A stretch of DNA of 64,000 nt, taken from Octopus sinensis. Taxonomy: Eukaryota. This document shows, piece by piece, positions 36,350-49,620 of the stretch. How positions within the stretch are numbered: the stretch's first letter is position 1; every line of letters begins with the position of its first letter. The stretch is taken from positions 17,484,001 through 17,548,000 of the forward strand of contig NC_043000.1 in assembly GCF_006345805.1 (NCBI RefSeq), read 5' to 3'. The position numbers were made by a program, and so were the translations under genes. The notes under the pieces are model-generated. The model made no database searches. It was not told where the DNA came from and worked only from the letters and a program-made list of their open reading frames with translations.

Positions 36350-37950
36350 ACTTGTTGATTTGGGTAAAATTTGAAAAGGGTGCTGCCAAGGTATGCAAAC
36401 TTGACAGCAAATTCAGGCCCCACATATTTCTTGTGGGGAGTGGTTGTCTTTGTGCTGATGATGAGACTGAAATCTTCATAGGCAGAAGATAACTTGTTCA
36501 TGTTTTGTTGCATTTCTGATTGTGAAGATACTCATCTGCAAACAGGACTTCATACATTATATGCTCTTTCCCTTTGGTTTCACCAGAGAGTTTCATTTGG
36601 TTGAAGAGCTGCCATCTGAGTGATAGTGCAAGGCAAAAGTGGAGGCGCAATGGCCCAGTGGTTAGGGCAGTGGACTCACGGTCGTAGGACCGCGGTTTCG
36701 ATTCCCAGACCGGGCGTTGTGAGTGTTTATTGAGCGAAAACACCTAAAAGCTCCACGAGGCTCCGGCAGGGGATGGTGGTGATCCCTGCTGTACTCTTTC
36801 ACCACAACTTTCTCTCACTCTTACTTCCTGTTTCTGCTGTACCTGTATTTCAAAGGGCCGGCCTTGTCACGCTGAATATCCCCGAGAACTACGTTAAGGG
36901 TACATGTGTCTGTGGAGTGCTCAGCCACTTACACGTTAATTTCACGAGCAGGCTGTTCCGTTGATCGGATCAACTGGAACCCTCATCGTCGTAACCGACG
37001 GAGTGCTTCCAAAGTGCAAGGCAAAGCCATCTTCATAGTTCTAGAAAACATTAATCAGCATGGGCGAAAATATCATGCTAAAAATACAGGCGCTAGCACA
37101 CAATTTTGTTTAATGTGGTTTGTAAATTTGAATACTGCCAAAAACTGTGTGAAGTTTGTAATACTGTTCTTAACACTTCTGAAGACGAAACGTTGCAAAC
37201 ATCAGATTAATTGTACTTTGACTCTTTCTAAAACTGCATTGGCTCTCAGACAGAAGACCATGTTCAAGATGGACAAACAGCCAGCTCACAACTATTAAAA
37301 CAAATATCTTCCCAATTATTGAGAAAGTAGAGATATGTTTCATGGATTGATGATTGCCTTTCTTTTTGTAGAGTTGAACTTTTGAAGCATCTTTGAATTC
37401 TGTAGACTATCCTCCTGGTGTTATATTGAGTGGAAGAGCTCAGTGAGCCTTAAAGCATTAAATGGGGACTTGTCAATAGACAAGATGCACATGGTTTTTT
37501 TTTACCCTTATTAGGAAGTTCATGGTGATCCCTACTAGGAGAAAGTGAGTTTTTGGAGCATCATTGACTGAAGGGATGCTGTTCAGAATATTTAGGTAAT
37601 ACTTAGCCCATCTTTCAAGGAACATCTCTCTGTCTTTTTCATTGCCAATTTGTCAGAACTCAGCAGAAGAGATGAGCCTTAAACTTGTGGGCTCTAAAAA
37701 GCTTTCAAAGCACCAGATTGTTGTTGTGTGTATAGAGCTAAATCTCATTTGCCTTTTTTTCTCTGCTGTGAGTCTTGTTTATGCCAAAGCTTAGCCTAGG
37801 TAGTCTTGCAAATCTTAATTTGGAATAAGCTGTCATTCTGGTAAGCTGTGAGAAGATAATGCCCTGATACAAGAGGGCATTCTCTTTAAACCAACCCAGG
37901 TGCTCGTGCACAAAATATTTTATTAAATATTTCATCATGTCACTGACAAA
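36350..37950 (-). mobile_element. Decayed RTE-BovB-like LINE (linker plus RT) interrupted by a SINE
   Basis: WFKEN...KKANEI, NHIKQNCVLAP, LFNQMKLSGETKGKEHIMYEVLFADE and KFAYLGSTL fragments in colinear order. Confidence 0.75.
36638..37012 (+). mobile_element. SINE family C head with tail type 1
   Basis: A box tggcccagtgg, B box ggtttcgattcc; 13-bp TSD agtgcaaggcaaa (36625-36637 / 37013-37025). Confidence 0.92.
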
Positions 37951-38696
37951 TGCTTGATACGTAAGTTACTTTAGCCATTTCAGCTTAGTGTTTCATTTTA
38001 ATGGCGACTGATATTAAGCTTTCTTTTTGGTTTGGCTTATACCCTTTGAAAAATGGCCAATCGCCCATGAAACATGTCACGAAGAGAATAATGCTTGATT
38101 AGAAAGCAAAAAAAAAACTATGTATTAAAATCAATCATACAAGACATATAGGTATACTGAAGTAATCCTGTTTACCAACATTTGTGTGTGTGTGTATTGC
38201 TTAATTCTGACTTAAGAAAATCTTTTTACTATAGTATATTTATCTTTAGCAAAATGGATTACATAATATTTGGGTTGCGGACAGAATCAGAACAAAAGAC
38301 ATATGGTTGATTAGTTTAAAAATGCATATACTTCAGTGAAAATCAATATTCTTAAACCAATATTAAACAGTAAGTATTCACTAAGGATTTGATTAAACAA
38401 ATTTATTATAAATACACTTAAATCAATCTTCCCAAATCATCAGGAAATACTCAGTTAGCTTCTGACTTGCACATGTAATGTTTTGACGAGACAATATGGC
38501 CGCCAGTCGTAACTCAAAGAACATGTTTTATTTGTTGCCTTTTTGGGCGCCCATTAAGCTACTTCAAGCGAAGTTTGTTGTAAAGTTTCTAAATAATCTT
38601 GGAGATTTGAGATACTATTGTTATGAATTTTCCATTGTCGAAGAAAAAATTTTAATGCATTTATTTTATACACAAAGGGAATGCAATATATATAAA

Positions 38697-39083
38697 CTAG
38701 CAGTATCGCCCGGCGTTGCTCGGGTTTGTAATGGAAATAACTATATAAGCACTTTTAGAGAGTTATAGCCAAAAAATAGCAAAAAAATACATTAAAAATG
38801 GAAAAAAAATTATGGTAAATTTTTTTTTAAATCGTTGACTCATCGTAGAGATCTTTGGAGAGTTACTTCCCTTATATAATAGCGAAAAAAATGCATTAAA
38901 ATGGAAAAAAATGATGGTAAATTTTTTTTAAATCGTAGACGCGCGCTAATACCCAGAAGGGCTCAATATGAATCACAACTATAAGATACCTGGTTTTGGT
39001 TAAACTGCACCGCAAAATGTGGAAGTAGTTAGGAATCTAAATCGTAGGAGACAGACACACAACTTGACTTTTATATATAAAGA
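38697..39083 (-). mobile_element. Non-autonomous Helitron-like element (387 bp)
   Basis: Minus strand A|TC... 5' end at 39083 and ...CTAG|T 3' end at 38697, with a GC-rich hairpin cccggcgttgctcggg (38709-38724) about 8 nt from the end; no TSD. Confidence 0.8.
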
Positions 39084-39120
39084 TATAGTATTGTAGCACT
39101 TTATTATCTTTATTTTTTTT

Positions 39121-39445
39121 TTACCTTGTTTCAGTCATTGGACTGCGGCCATACTGGGGAACCACTTTGATGGGTTTTGTCGAACAAATCAATTCCAGTA
39201 TTTATTTGATTGGTCGCTTTTGCCGAAATGCAAAGTTACAAGGACGTAAACAACAGCGGTTATTAAGTGGTGGGTGAATGTTGAACAAATACAACAAACA
39301 CACACGCGTATAAATATACGATAGGCTTCCTCACAGTTACCGTCTACCAAATTCACTCACAAGGCACTGAAGCTATAGTAGAAAACACTTGTTCAAGGTT
39401 CCGTGCAGTGGGACTGAACTCAAAACCATGTGGCTACAAAGTAAG
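39121..39445 (-). mobile_element. SINE family A (diverged)
   Basis: Recognisable tail, body and B-box region. Confidence 0.75.
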
Positions 39446-39540
39446 AAAAGAAATTTAAAAATTAGAAAAAAGTATTTAAAATAATGCAAAATAAAATTTA
39501 GATCTTACATCGCGAGTGCTGAATAGTGAATACGTATTTA

Positions 39541-39962
39541 GGATCTTTTTGGTTTGAACGGCAGTTTTTTCTAGCGGTGTCATATGAAATTGTCACCCAT
39601 AATTATGACCCTAGTATCGATCTATTGCATTTCAATCTGTTTTAGGGTTAGGGTTAGGGTTAGGGGTGGGGTGAAGGGTATATTTTTTTCTTCAGAAATG
39701 TAAATAAACCCAATCTGTTTCTTAAACGAGGGACATATTCATACAGCACAGAATGTTTTCACCTCAATAGACGTCATTGATTGGTTGAAATTGCAGAAAT
39801 TGAAGAAAAAAAACAACAAATATCTTACAAACTATGGAATTTTCTCAATAAAGCCAATAGAAAAAGATGTTTTATAAACACATTCTACCAGTATACGAAG
39901 TTTAAACGTGTTTAGTTACGTGGAAATCATTTTTAAAAACTGCCGGTCAAACTGAAAGATCC
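39541..39962. mobile_element. 422-bp MITE with about 28-bp TIRs, 8-bp TSD and internal (TTAGGG)n
   Basis: TSD CGTATTTA (39533-39540 / 39963-39970); termini GGATCTTTTTGGTTTGAACGGCAG / CTGCCGGTCAAACTGAAAGATCC; (ttaggg)4 at about 39641-39665. Confidence 0.85.
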
Positions 39963-40561
39963 CGTATTTATTATATTGTAAATGCAATACGGTAATATTT
40001 TGTCATAGTCATAATTTTAAATGCATACTTTTTAGTCACTGTACAAACGTGGGTTCATGTGTGTATATCTATGTAATTGTGTGTGAGGAAAAGATGTCAC
40101 TTTGGCCGAGTGGTTACAAAGTTTGCTTTAAAATCACGAGGTCCTAGTTACGATCTCACTGCGTTTTATCTTAGGCAAGACCTTTTTTTTTGCCTCGTAT
40201 CGACCCAAATTTTGTGAGTGATATCTGGTAGACAGAAAACTGTTGAAGTCCGTTTGAATGTCCCACCGACGGATCTGTAATTCAAAGGTCCAGCTTCGTT
40301 AAAGGGTATACATCTGTAGAACAATGTCACTTTGACGGTCATTTAACGAGTAGGTAGGTAGTTCTGTTAAGGAGGGGACTGGGAATTTTGAGAGATGGGT
40401 TTAGACAAGTTGCTATGTTTAATAAAACCTAAGAGGTTTTAACTTGTTTAACTTCATGACGAATAAAGAAGAATCATATGCATGCAAATTCTTAATTGTC
40501 TTCTCATTAATTAAGAGGGGCGGCGGCCCAAGATTTTATTAATATTTTAGACATAACCTAT

Positions 40562-40738
40562 AGGCGCAGGAGAGGCTCTGTGGTAAGTAGCTTGCTAACC
40601 AACAACATGGTTCCGGGTTCAGTCCCACTGCGTGGCATCTTGGGCAAGTGTCTTCTGCTATAGCCCCGGGCCGACCAATGCCTTGTGAGTGGATTTGGTA
40701 GATGGAAACTGAAAGAAGCCTGTCGTATATATATATAA

Positions 40739-40772
<34 letters not shown>

Positions 40773-40987
40773 CTGTGTTTGTCCCCCTAGCATTGCTTGA
40801 CAACCGATGCTGGTGTGTTTACGTCCCCGTCAATTAGCGGTTCGGCAAAAGAGAACCGATAGAATAAGTACTGTGCTTGCAAAGAATAAGTCCTGGGGTC
40901 GATTCACTCGACTAAAGGCGGTGCTCCAGCATGGCCGCAGTCAAATGACTGAAACAAGTAAAAGAGTAAAAGAGAGTAAAAGAGTAA
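40562..40987 (+). mobile_element. SINE family A, full length, CpG-retaining (young)
   Basis: Complete head-to-(gagtaaaa)3 tail. Confidence 0.92.
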
Positions 40988-43900
40988 CCTAGTATTTGTC
41001 AGTTTAAGATGCTCTTGTGTAGCTGAATGTTCATTGTCGAAATCGACGGGGAATCCATCGTGTATAAATGTGTACTGAAACAGGATTTAAACTAGCGAAC
41101 TGTCAATATATCTGAGGTTCTTAAACAGCAGTAAACTAGATAATTTCTCACCCCTTCATAGCTTCAGTTCTACTTTTCATTCATCGCTGGCATGTCACTT
41201 CATCATTCTCCCCTTTACAACTGCCATCATCCACTTCCCTCCTATCCCTGCATACATTATTTATTTAACCTCTCATGTCTTTACCCTATTATTACCCCAG
41301 CCTCGTCGCCACAACCATTAGCACAAACTTTCTCCAAATAATCGTCCCTAGCACTTAACCCTGCCTTTAAAACATTTTTTTAATACTCAACGCAAGCTTC
41401 ACCTTTCTTTTCTGTTCTGTTCCCCCATCTTCGCTCAGCTTGTAACTTGATTTCCTTTTTAAAACTATATCATCAGGGTCGAGAGGAGGAACAGCTGTAT
41501 TTTTAAAATAACAAATAAATGTTTAAAACCATTTACAGTGTTCAAGACAGTCCACATTCTTATTTCAGTTTCTTTCAATTTATTATTTCATTAGTTGAAA
41601 ATGAACCAATATTTTCACCCCTTTTTTTTTTTCAACTATAAATTTTATTTCTCTACATATTTCTTCCTCTTACATTTTTTTCCCGTAGTACTCTCTGATT
41701 TAATATATCTACTTCTATTTCCATAAATATATCCTATTTCATGATGAGTACACATTAAGAAACGATCTTTTGAGCCGTTAATCTAACCTAGTGAGATAAT
41801 GAAATATGTCTATATTTCGGCTCAATGTCGTCTCTAATACAATTCTAGAAATATTTTTCTGCATATTTTCTCTCCTATTTTTAAATGAAACTTTCTACGG
41901 GTTATATATAGAAGCTGCGGGATCAGAATTAAAAGCAAACACAGCGTTGACATATTACAATTTTGGTTTATAATGAACGTGGCTAGGAGGTGATTTTGAT
42001 TAATTATAATGCTGTTGTAATAACTTGTAACAATAATTGTCGTTAGTGACTGTTAACATTAGCTGAAGCTGGATACAACATTAGTCTTGCTTTCTTAATC
42101 TCTCTCATCTTGTTAGGTAACTTACGTACTTAAAGGTTGCTCATCCATAAAATTTGCATTTCAATTTCATCGTCCCGGACATTTTGATAATTTTAGTAAA
42201 TGCGCTTAGATATAAGTGAATTAGTGATCTGATTTAGAACTAAAACTAGTTAGTTATTTTAAACATTTTGTTTTTTATAACACAGACGAGAGTACTTATT
42301 TTCACGAGAAAAAAGAAATGTTTCCTTTCCTTTTAGTAGTGCACCTAAGCACTTTGTAACACACACTATCACTTTGTAGTGTACTTGAGCACTCTGTAGT
42401 GCTTGCAACGCAAATTGATAAACGTACCCCCCCCCTTTTTTAAAACTTTTATCTCAATAGCAAACAACTACAAGTCACACACAAGGGTGTTATTTAACTC
42501 AAAGCAGATCTTAATCAATTAGCTCAATGACCAAGCCTCATAACTATCTGACACGACATTCGTCAATGTGTCATGTTTTAAGATGGTAGGGTGTGATCTG
42601 AGGGAAATTTGATGTTATTTCTAGCTGGTCGAACGAACACCTAGAGGATCTCTTGTTAGTTAATAAGACCTCATTGCTGGCTTTATAAAGCACAACTGGA
42701 AACTAACTACGTATACTAATTTATATTTATATATAGTCAAGCGTGTCCCTTTCGTCATGGTGACCTGTTTTGGCAAATAAGTATTCCTTTGCAGCTTATT
42801 CCCTTTTCCTGTAAATATTAACAAAAGTAATTCTTAAAGAATTCAATAAAATTAACGTTTGATACTTTTCTAAAGGACATATTGTTCAGTTTTTGTTGAA
42901 AATAATTGTAACTTAGCTCCTATGTCAATGGCTTATTGTACGACATAATATATTCACGAACATTTTCTATTTCTATCAAATATTTGAAAAGATTTTGTCT
43001 TCGCAACCTAATGCTCGTACATATACACATATGATAACTGATCTGTGAGCTTGTGACTGAAATACACTACAGGGTAAATATATGCTAATTATGCGGATAT
43101 CTTTTCGTTTCCATACATTTTACGATGTCACTTTCGTTTAGCCCAAGGTCAGATTTGATAGTGCAGCCGTGAGCATCTGTCTCCTTCTCTCCCTCTCTAA
43201 CAACGATAAAGATGCATGAACTTTTTCATCCAAGTTTATGTTGAAAGCAATTATCATCATTACAATTATTACCATGTCTCTCCGTCTATCACACACACTC
43301 TCTCTGATGACATAACCCTAAATATTTTCCTACTCTCAACTCACTTCTATCCCAGATCACTATACATTCAGAAGATTACGTTGTTCACATTCCTTTCTAA
43401 CAATTAAGTACAGATTTTCCATTTGATCTGCTAATGTGGTATTTTGATACAACTCATTTTCGTGATACACGAATATATAAACCTCCATCTTTACTGCTAA
43501 TGAATTTCATCTCTTTGTGGCCAGTGAAGTCGACGATTCTTTTAATTACTTTCATCTACTTCAAACTCTTGACCAGTTGCTGATTTTACTATAAGCAGCA
43601 TTTAGGTCACCTTAATAGTATAACTTATCTGCTATCTAAAACCACCGCAGTAGTCCATATTCTTCAGTTCAGACTGTCCAGAAACTGACAGCTGCGTTAA
43701 GAGATTTAGTGTATCTGAGTCATCAAACACTTCACTTCATGTCGTATGTCATTGCGAAATAATGTTCACAGAAAATATCGAGTATCTGCCAGATCTTTTG
43801 TGTTATGTACACTGTAGTCATTTTGCTACATTTCTGGGTCTTAATTGCACTTAGTTTTAATCATTTTTATACTTATACCTTAATCAAACATCAAATTTTG

Positions 43901-44116
43901 TTAGTTTCTTGGTTTATTTTTCAGTAAAAACTACATCATTTGGGGACATGGTTTGAAAAATCATCATTAGGATTTTAACTCAGTAAAATAAAATAATCAA
44001 GTTGGGCTACATTGAATGTGTAGACTTCCTATCATTTCCTTGTATTATGTCACAAGGGCACCATTGTGACATGGTATGTCATTGACAATTTTAAGATACG
44101 GCAGAGTTCATCCCTG

Positions 44117-44850
44117 AGATCTTTATCTTTTGACCGACAGATTTTTAAAATAATTTTTTGTAACTAAACACTTGCAAACTTCGTATACTGGTAGAGTGTG
44201 TCACATAAAACATCTTTTAGTCTTGGCGTTGTTGAGAAAATTCTGTATTTTAGAAGTTATTTCTTGTTAAAGTTGTCGTTTTTCGGTAATTTCAATCAAT
44301 CAATGACGTGTATTCAGCCGATTAAAATTACTGCTGTTGTTTCTCAACAATAACTTCCGGTGGTGTATATTTCATTTGTCACTGTTATTTATAACATATT
44401 TAATCTCAGTTACGTTTGTATGAATAAACGAGTGTATCTGAAGTATGTTTACTTCATAGCACCACCATAATCGTTTGTGCATTTTTCCTTTTTTTTTTCT
44501 GTAACTCTAACCCTAAAACCCCAACCCTAACCCTAAAACCTTAAAGCTAAAACCACTACAAACGCATGAACGATGTCATAAATAACAGTGACAAACAAAA
44601 TATATACCGCTGATAGTTGTTGACCAACAACGGCAGTAATTTTATTCAGCTGAATACAGGTCATTGATTGGTTGAAATTATTGAAATAGGACAACTTTAA
44701 CAAGAAATAACCTCCAAAATACAGAATTTTCTCAACAACGCCAAGAGTAAGAGATGTTTTATGTGACACATTCTACAAGTATACAAATTTTGAAAGTGTT
44801 TTGTTACAAAAAATTATTTTAAAAATCTGTCAGTCAAAAGGTAAAAATCC
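44117..44850. mobile_element. 734-bp foldback MITE with long (about 270-bp) imperfect TIRs and central degenerate (TAACCC)n, related to 39541-39962
   Basis: TSD catccctg / catccctc (7 of 8 match); termini agatctttatcttttgaccgacag / ctgtcagtcaaaaggtaaaaatcc; the right arm aligns with the right part of the 39541 element. Confidence 0.8.
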
Positions 44851-45592
44851 CATCCCTCTTCAGGTCTGATTGTAACTGATTTCATCGACAATGAGAGAGA
44901 GAGAGGAGGACTGATACCAGTAGAGGACTGATACCAGTAGAGGACTGGTACTCTATTGATCAAGCCCTCAACCAAAAGAATGAAAAACAAAGCTGATCTC
45001 AGCAATATTTGAACTCAAAGTGCAGAAAGCTGGAATGAATACCAATGTTCCAATAACTCGATCAATTCACTGCCTTAACCATTTAGCATTTAATCCAGCC
45101 ATATCTGACCAAAATATTCTACTTTGTTTATCTTCGTAGTGTCCTGATTTGGCCAGACACACTGACCCTAAAATATTATTCTAAAATTAAACAATCATGT
45201 CATTGAAATCTCAAAGCTACAAGGTAATGCATGACTGATTCAAATCAATATGAATAAAGAGGCTTTACATTTGACAGAGAAATCTGAATGCTAAAGGGCT
45301 GAAAATATTTACAGAGTCACCAATAGAACTCAGATCATGCAACTGCCAAAATCCAGACGGTTGTGATAACCTTTGCACCAAAGTGAACAGGCAGGTCATT
45401 CCTTTATATAATCGGAAAATATATTTGACTTGAACTTATCCAAACCGTCAATGAATAAAAGTTTGCCTTCAACATATGTGGTTGGTATTTGAATATATAT
45501 TTGTTCAACTAGTGTATCTACATGTGTGGTCAGTATTTGATTATCAATAAGTCAATATATTTAGCTTTAGTTTACACAGTTATTTTACCTAT

Positions 45593-45634
<42 letters not shown>

Positions 45635-45679
45635 GCATACATACATACATATATATATATATGTGTATATATATATATG

Positions 45680-45711
<32 letters not shown>

Positions 45712-45808
45712 TATATTTAAATAATGAGGGAGATAAATTAATATTAATTTTAATATCAATTTAAAACCAGTAGTCTAGCATACAAAAAATCTGAGAAGTC
45801 ATATATAT

Positions 45809-45887
<79 letters not shown>

Positions 45888-46962
45888 CATATATGTATAT
45901 ATATATATGTATATATATAGTCTCTATTTAATTGTATTTTCTGCAATTAGCTATTATTAACTGTTATATTCTCCAAAATCTGAAAGAGATTGTTTTGCGA
46001 ATGTATATGTACATGCATGTATTTCTATTAAATTTTGTTTATCGCATACCTTATGTTATTTATTGTAAGACTTAGATTTTTATTGCATTTTGGATTGTAT
46101 ATTTTTATATTACTGATATTTTTTGTATACTCAATCGGTAGCTTACCCAGTTTTTATCTAAATAACTTGCAAAAGAAAAAGCAAAAGTTTTAAAACAAAA
46201 ATGAAGAAATTTCTTTCACTGAATAACCTTAGTAACCATTGATAAAAATAATCTGGACTTGCAAAGTATCATAATTTCTAAAATATCTGAGAATATACAC
46301 GAGCAATAGATTTTTAAAAAAAATCTAATTATTCAGTGATTCTCTATGTTGGATAAGGATGACTGATAAGTTGTGGTGCAATACACACACACACCAAACA
46401 ACAAAACAAAAAACAAATCTATGAACATAAGGAGCAAGAAATGGCTAGCTGTTTTATGCTGTCTAGTTCAGCGAATCAAAGTTCTGGTGTGTTCAAAGTG
46501 ACTTTTTTGCTTTCATAACCTTTGGAGCTGAGAGATTATGTATCAGTCGTACACTGAGGTAGATTTGATGTTTTCCATGCTTTTCCTTAAAAGAAAAAAT
46601 TAAAATTAAAAAAATGGATTTTAAGGAATCCTTATTAATTAAAAATGTCATTCATTCTATATTGAAAGCTACTCTTATAACATGCAGAGATTGTATGGAT
46701 ATTCTAAAACTAGAATACATGTAGGAAACCCCACAAAACAGATTGATTATATGTTAAAACATGTAAAAGTATGATTGGTGCATCATGGCTGTGTGGTAAG
46801 AAGTTTGCTTCTCAACCACATGGTTCCAGGTTCAATCACACTGTATGGCATTTTGGGCAAACTGTCTTTTTACTATCACCTTGAGCTGACCAAAGTCTTG
46901 TGAGTTGGCTGGGTACAAAAACTTATTCCCTTTAGCATTCAGGTTTCTTTGTCAAATATAAT

Positions 46963-47190
46963 TTAAAAAAAATTTTTTTTTTTTTTACTACCCAGAAGGG
47001 GCTAAACACAGAGGGGACAAACGGATTAAGTCGATAATATCGACCCCAGTGCGTAACTGGTACTTATTTAATCGACCCCGAAAGGATGAAAGGCAAAGTC
47101 GACCTCGGCGGAATTTGAACTCAGAAGGTAGCGGCAGACGAAATACCGATAAGCATTTCGCCCGGTGTGCTAACGATTCTGCCAACTCGC
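46963..47190 (-). mobile_element. SINE family B inserted into a piggyBac-like MITE (about 46928-47392)
   Basis: 16-bp TSD ctttgtcaaatataat (46947-46962 / 47191-47206); host ends ccctttagcat...atgctaaaggg|ttaa; a related MITE lies at about 45078-45300. Confidence 0.88.
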
Positions 47191-48385
47191 CTTTGTCAAA
47201 TATAATGCTTATTCATTTACATTGTTTTAAATTAACCATGCATTATTTTGTAGCTTCAAGATTTCAATGGTGTGTCTGTATATTTTTAGATTGACATTGT
47301 AGGGTAGGTGTGAGAGGTTGGACCTGTTCAGTTTTAACATAAGACAGATCGAATATTTGGGTCAGATATGGCAGATTACATGCTAAAGGGTTAAGGAAGC
47401 CCACTGTGCGTGTGTGTGTGTATGTGTATGTGTGTGTGCATGCATGCATATGGGTGTGTTTGTGTCTCCTTGTCTTGACATGGCTTGATAGAAGTAAATG
47501 TGTGTTACTGTCATACAGGCAGTGTTATTCATTTCCAATAAACTCCATCTGACCCATGCAAGCACATGGAAAAGTGGATGTTAAATAATAAAGATGTAAT
47601 TAGCTTTGCTCTAAGATAATTTCGCAAGTTATGACATCTAGCTAGAAGAAATGAGCCCTAACAACCTAAGGGTTGTGACTTCAGCCAATTAGGGTCCGAT
47701 ATAGCTTCTGTACACACACACTGTACAGAACCAGACATACTCTCTTTGTTAAGAAGGATATTTATATGACAAATTGTTACCATACACTGAGCATTTGAAA
47801 AAAGGCTAATTAGAAATAATTAATTATTGAAGAAAAGAAAATATTAATCAATGACTAATATTATTTTAATTATCCTGGCAAATACAGGAAGTAGCCCAGA
47901 GTATGCTTTAGTCTTAGTAGACTACAATGAAGTATAGATTTTATCATACATGCTGAAGGAGTGATGAGAGAATCACTAAAGTAGACGAGATGTATAATAA
48001 TGATGATGAGTAGACATTAAAATTAGCATATTTCAGAATATATATTCTTTCTAATAAAGGTACAGGGACTGAAGTTTTGAGGGAGATGGAGTGGGGTCAG
48101 TCAATTATAGTGGGATTTGAATTCAGAACATAATGCTAGAATAAATGCTGCTCAGCATTTTGTTCAGTGTGGAAATGATTCTACCAGTTCACCACCTTAT
48201 CTTAAGAAATATATATTTCAAATTTTGGCACAAGGCCAGCAATTTTGAGGGAAGGGTATGTCGATTACTCCAGTTTTCAAATGGTTCTTATTTTATCGAC
48301 CCTGAAAGGATGAAAGGTAAACTTGACCTCAGGGGAATTTGAACTCCAGACGTAAAGATGGATGAAATGCTATTGAGCATTTTGC

Positions 48386-48424
<39 letters not shown>

Positions 48425-48523
48425 ATGCATGCATATGGGTGTGTTTGTGTCCTAATCTTGAGAAATATATTGGCTAAAAAAATTAGTCAGAGATGCTATG
48501 CACATGAAAAACAAATACCAGAA

Positions 48524-49516
48524 TATACTTTATTTACATCTGAAGGATATTTGTCCTCACCTTGTTTGTTCTTAACACAATGTTTCAGCTGATATACCTT
48601 CCAGCCTTCATCAGGTGTCTTGGGGAAATTTTGAACCTGGTATTTCTAAGGTATTTTTTGATGTTATTATTATTATTAAGTTCACTACTTGGAATCAAAC
48701 TTGGAATCTTGGGTTTAGTAGCACTCTTAACCACTATGCCATATGCCCATGCACAATTATGGAGTGAATTTTAGGGCTTATAAATCTAATAATTTTCTAT
48801 TCTTCCTTAATACTGGTTCCCATGTGTTATTCATATCTGCACTCGGTCTGCTTGGGAGGTTGTGTCCTAGCATATGTACTGCTTCTTTTAGTTTTCGTAT
48901 TTTCCAATGATGTTCACTGTCTATTATTTTAACTTCATCCCACAGGGGGAAGTGGTCTCCATTTTTCCATATATGATCAACTATACCCAATTTATCAATA
49001 TCTTCTCATATCACAGCTTTGTGATGTTCATCTACCCTTATTTTGAGGTGGTGGGATGAAGCTAAAATAATAGACAGAGAACTGGAAAATATGAAACCTA
49101 AAAGAAGCAGCACTTATTGCTAGGATACAACAATCTCCTAAGCAGACTGAGTGCAGATATGAGTAGCATATGGGAACCGGTATTAAGAAAGGTTAGGAAA
49201 ATATTAGATTTATAAGCCCTAAAATTCACTACATAATTGCCCATGGGCATATGGCATAGTGGTTAAGAGTGCAAAATACTAACCCCAAGATTCCGAGTTC
49301 GATTCCAAGCAGTGACCTGAATAATAATAATAATAATAATAGCATTGAAAAATACCTTAGGAATGAGAACTCAGGTTCAAAAATTTCCTCAGGACAACTG
49401 ATGAAGGCTGGAGGGTATAACAGCTGAAACATGTTAACAACAAACAAGATGAAAACAAATATTCGTTAAATGTAAATAATGTACATAATTCCTCATCTCC
49501 TAAATATAGAACTGTA
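48524..49516. mobile_element. Penelope-like element remnant (family G): two diverging copies forming an approximately 420-bp inverted repeat, each with GIY-YIG C-terminus, tRNA-like cassette, (AAT)n and hammerhead motif
   Basis: Arms about 48524-48944 (minus) and 49051-49516 (plus). ORF 48778-48990 DHIWKNGDHFPLWDEVKIIDSEHHWKIRKLKEAVHM resembles Penelope endonuclease C-termini. CTGATGA...GAAAC motifs at 48574-48619 and 49398-49435. Confidence 0.8.
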
Positions 49517-49620
49517 AATACCAGAATAATTGAAACGAGCAAGACCTATTGAAATTCCACATTTAAAAACATTCCTATTTCTGTTTGACATAAATTTTTC
49601 GATCTTCATAACTTTGTATA

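Noticed and set aside
39641-39665. (TTAGGG)4 as a telomere or chromosome-fusion scar
   Set aside because: It lies inside a TIR/TSD-bounded MITE, and a related element carries a similar tract.
49245-49320. Possible tRNA gene (also the heads of SINE families A-D)
   Set aside because: A and B boxes are present, but no pairable acceptor stem or clean anticodon arm could be drawn, and each is fused to repeat bodies; treated as tRNA-derived modules.
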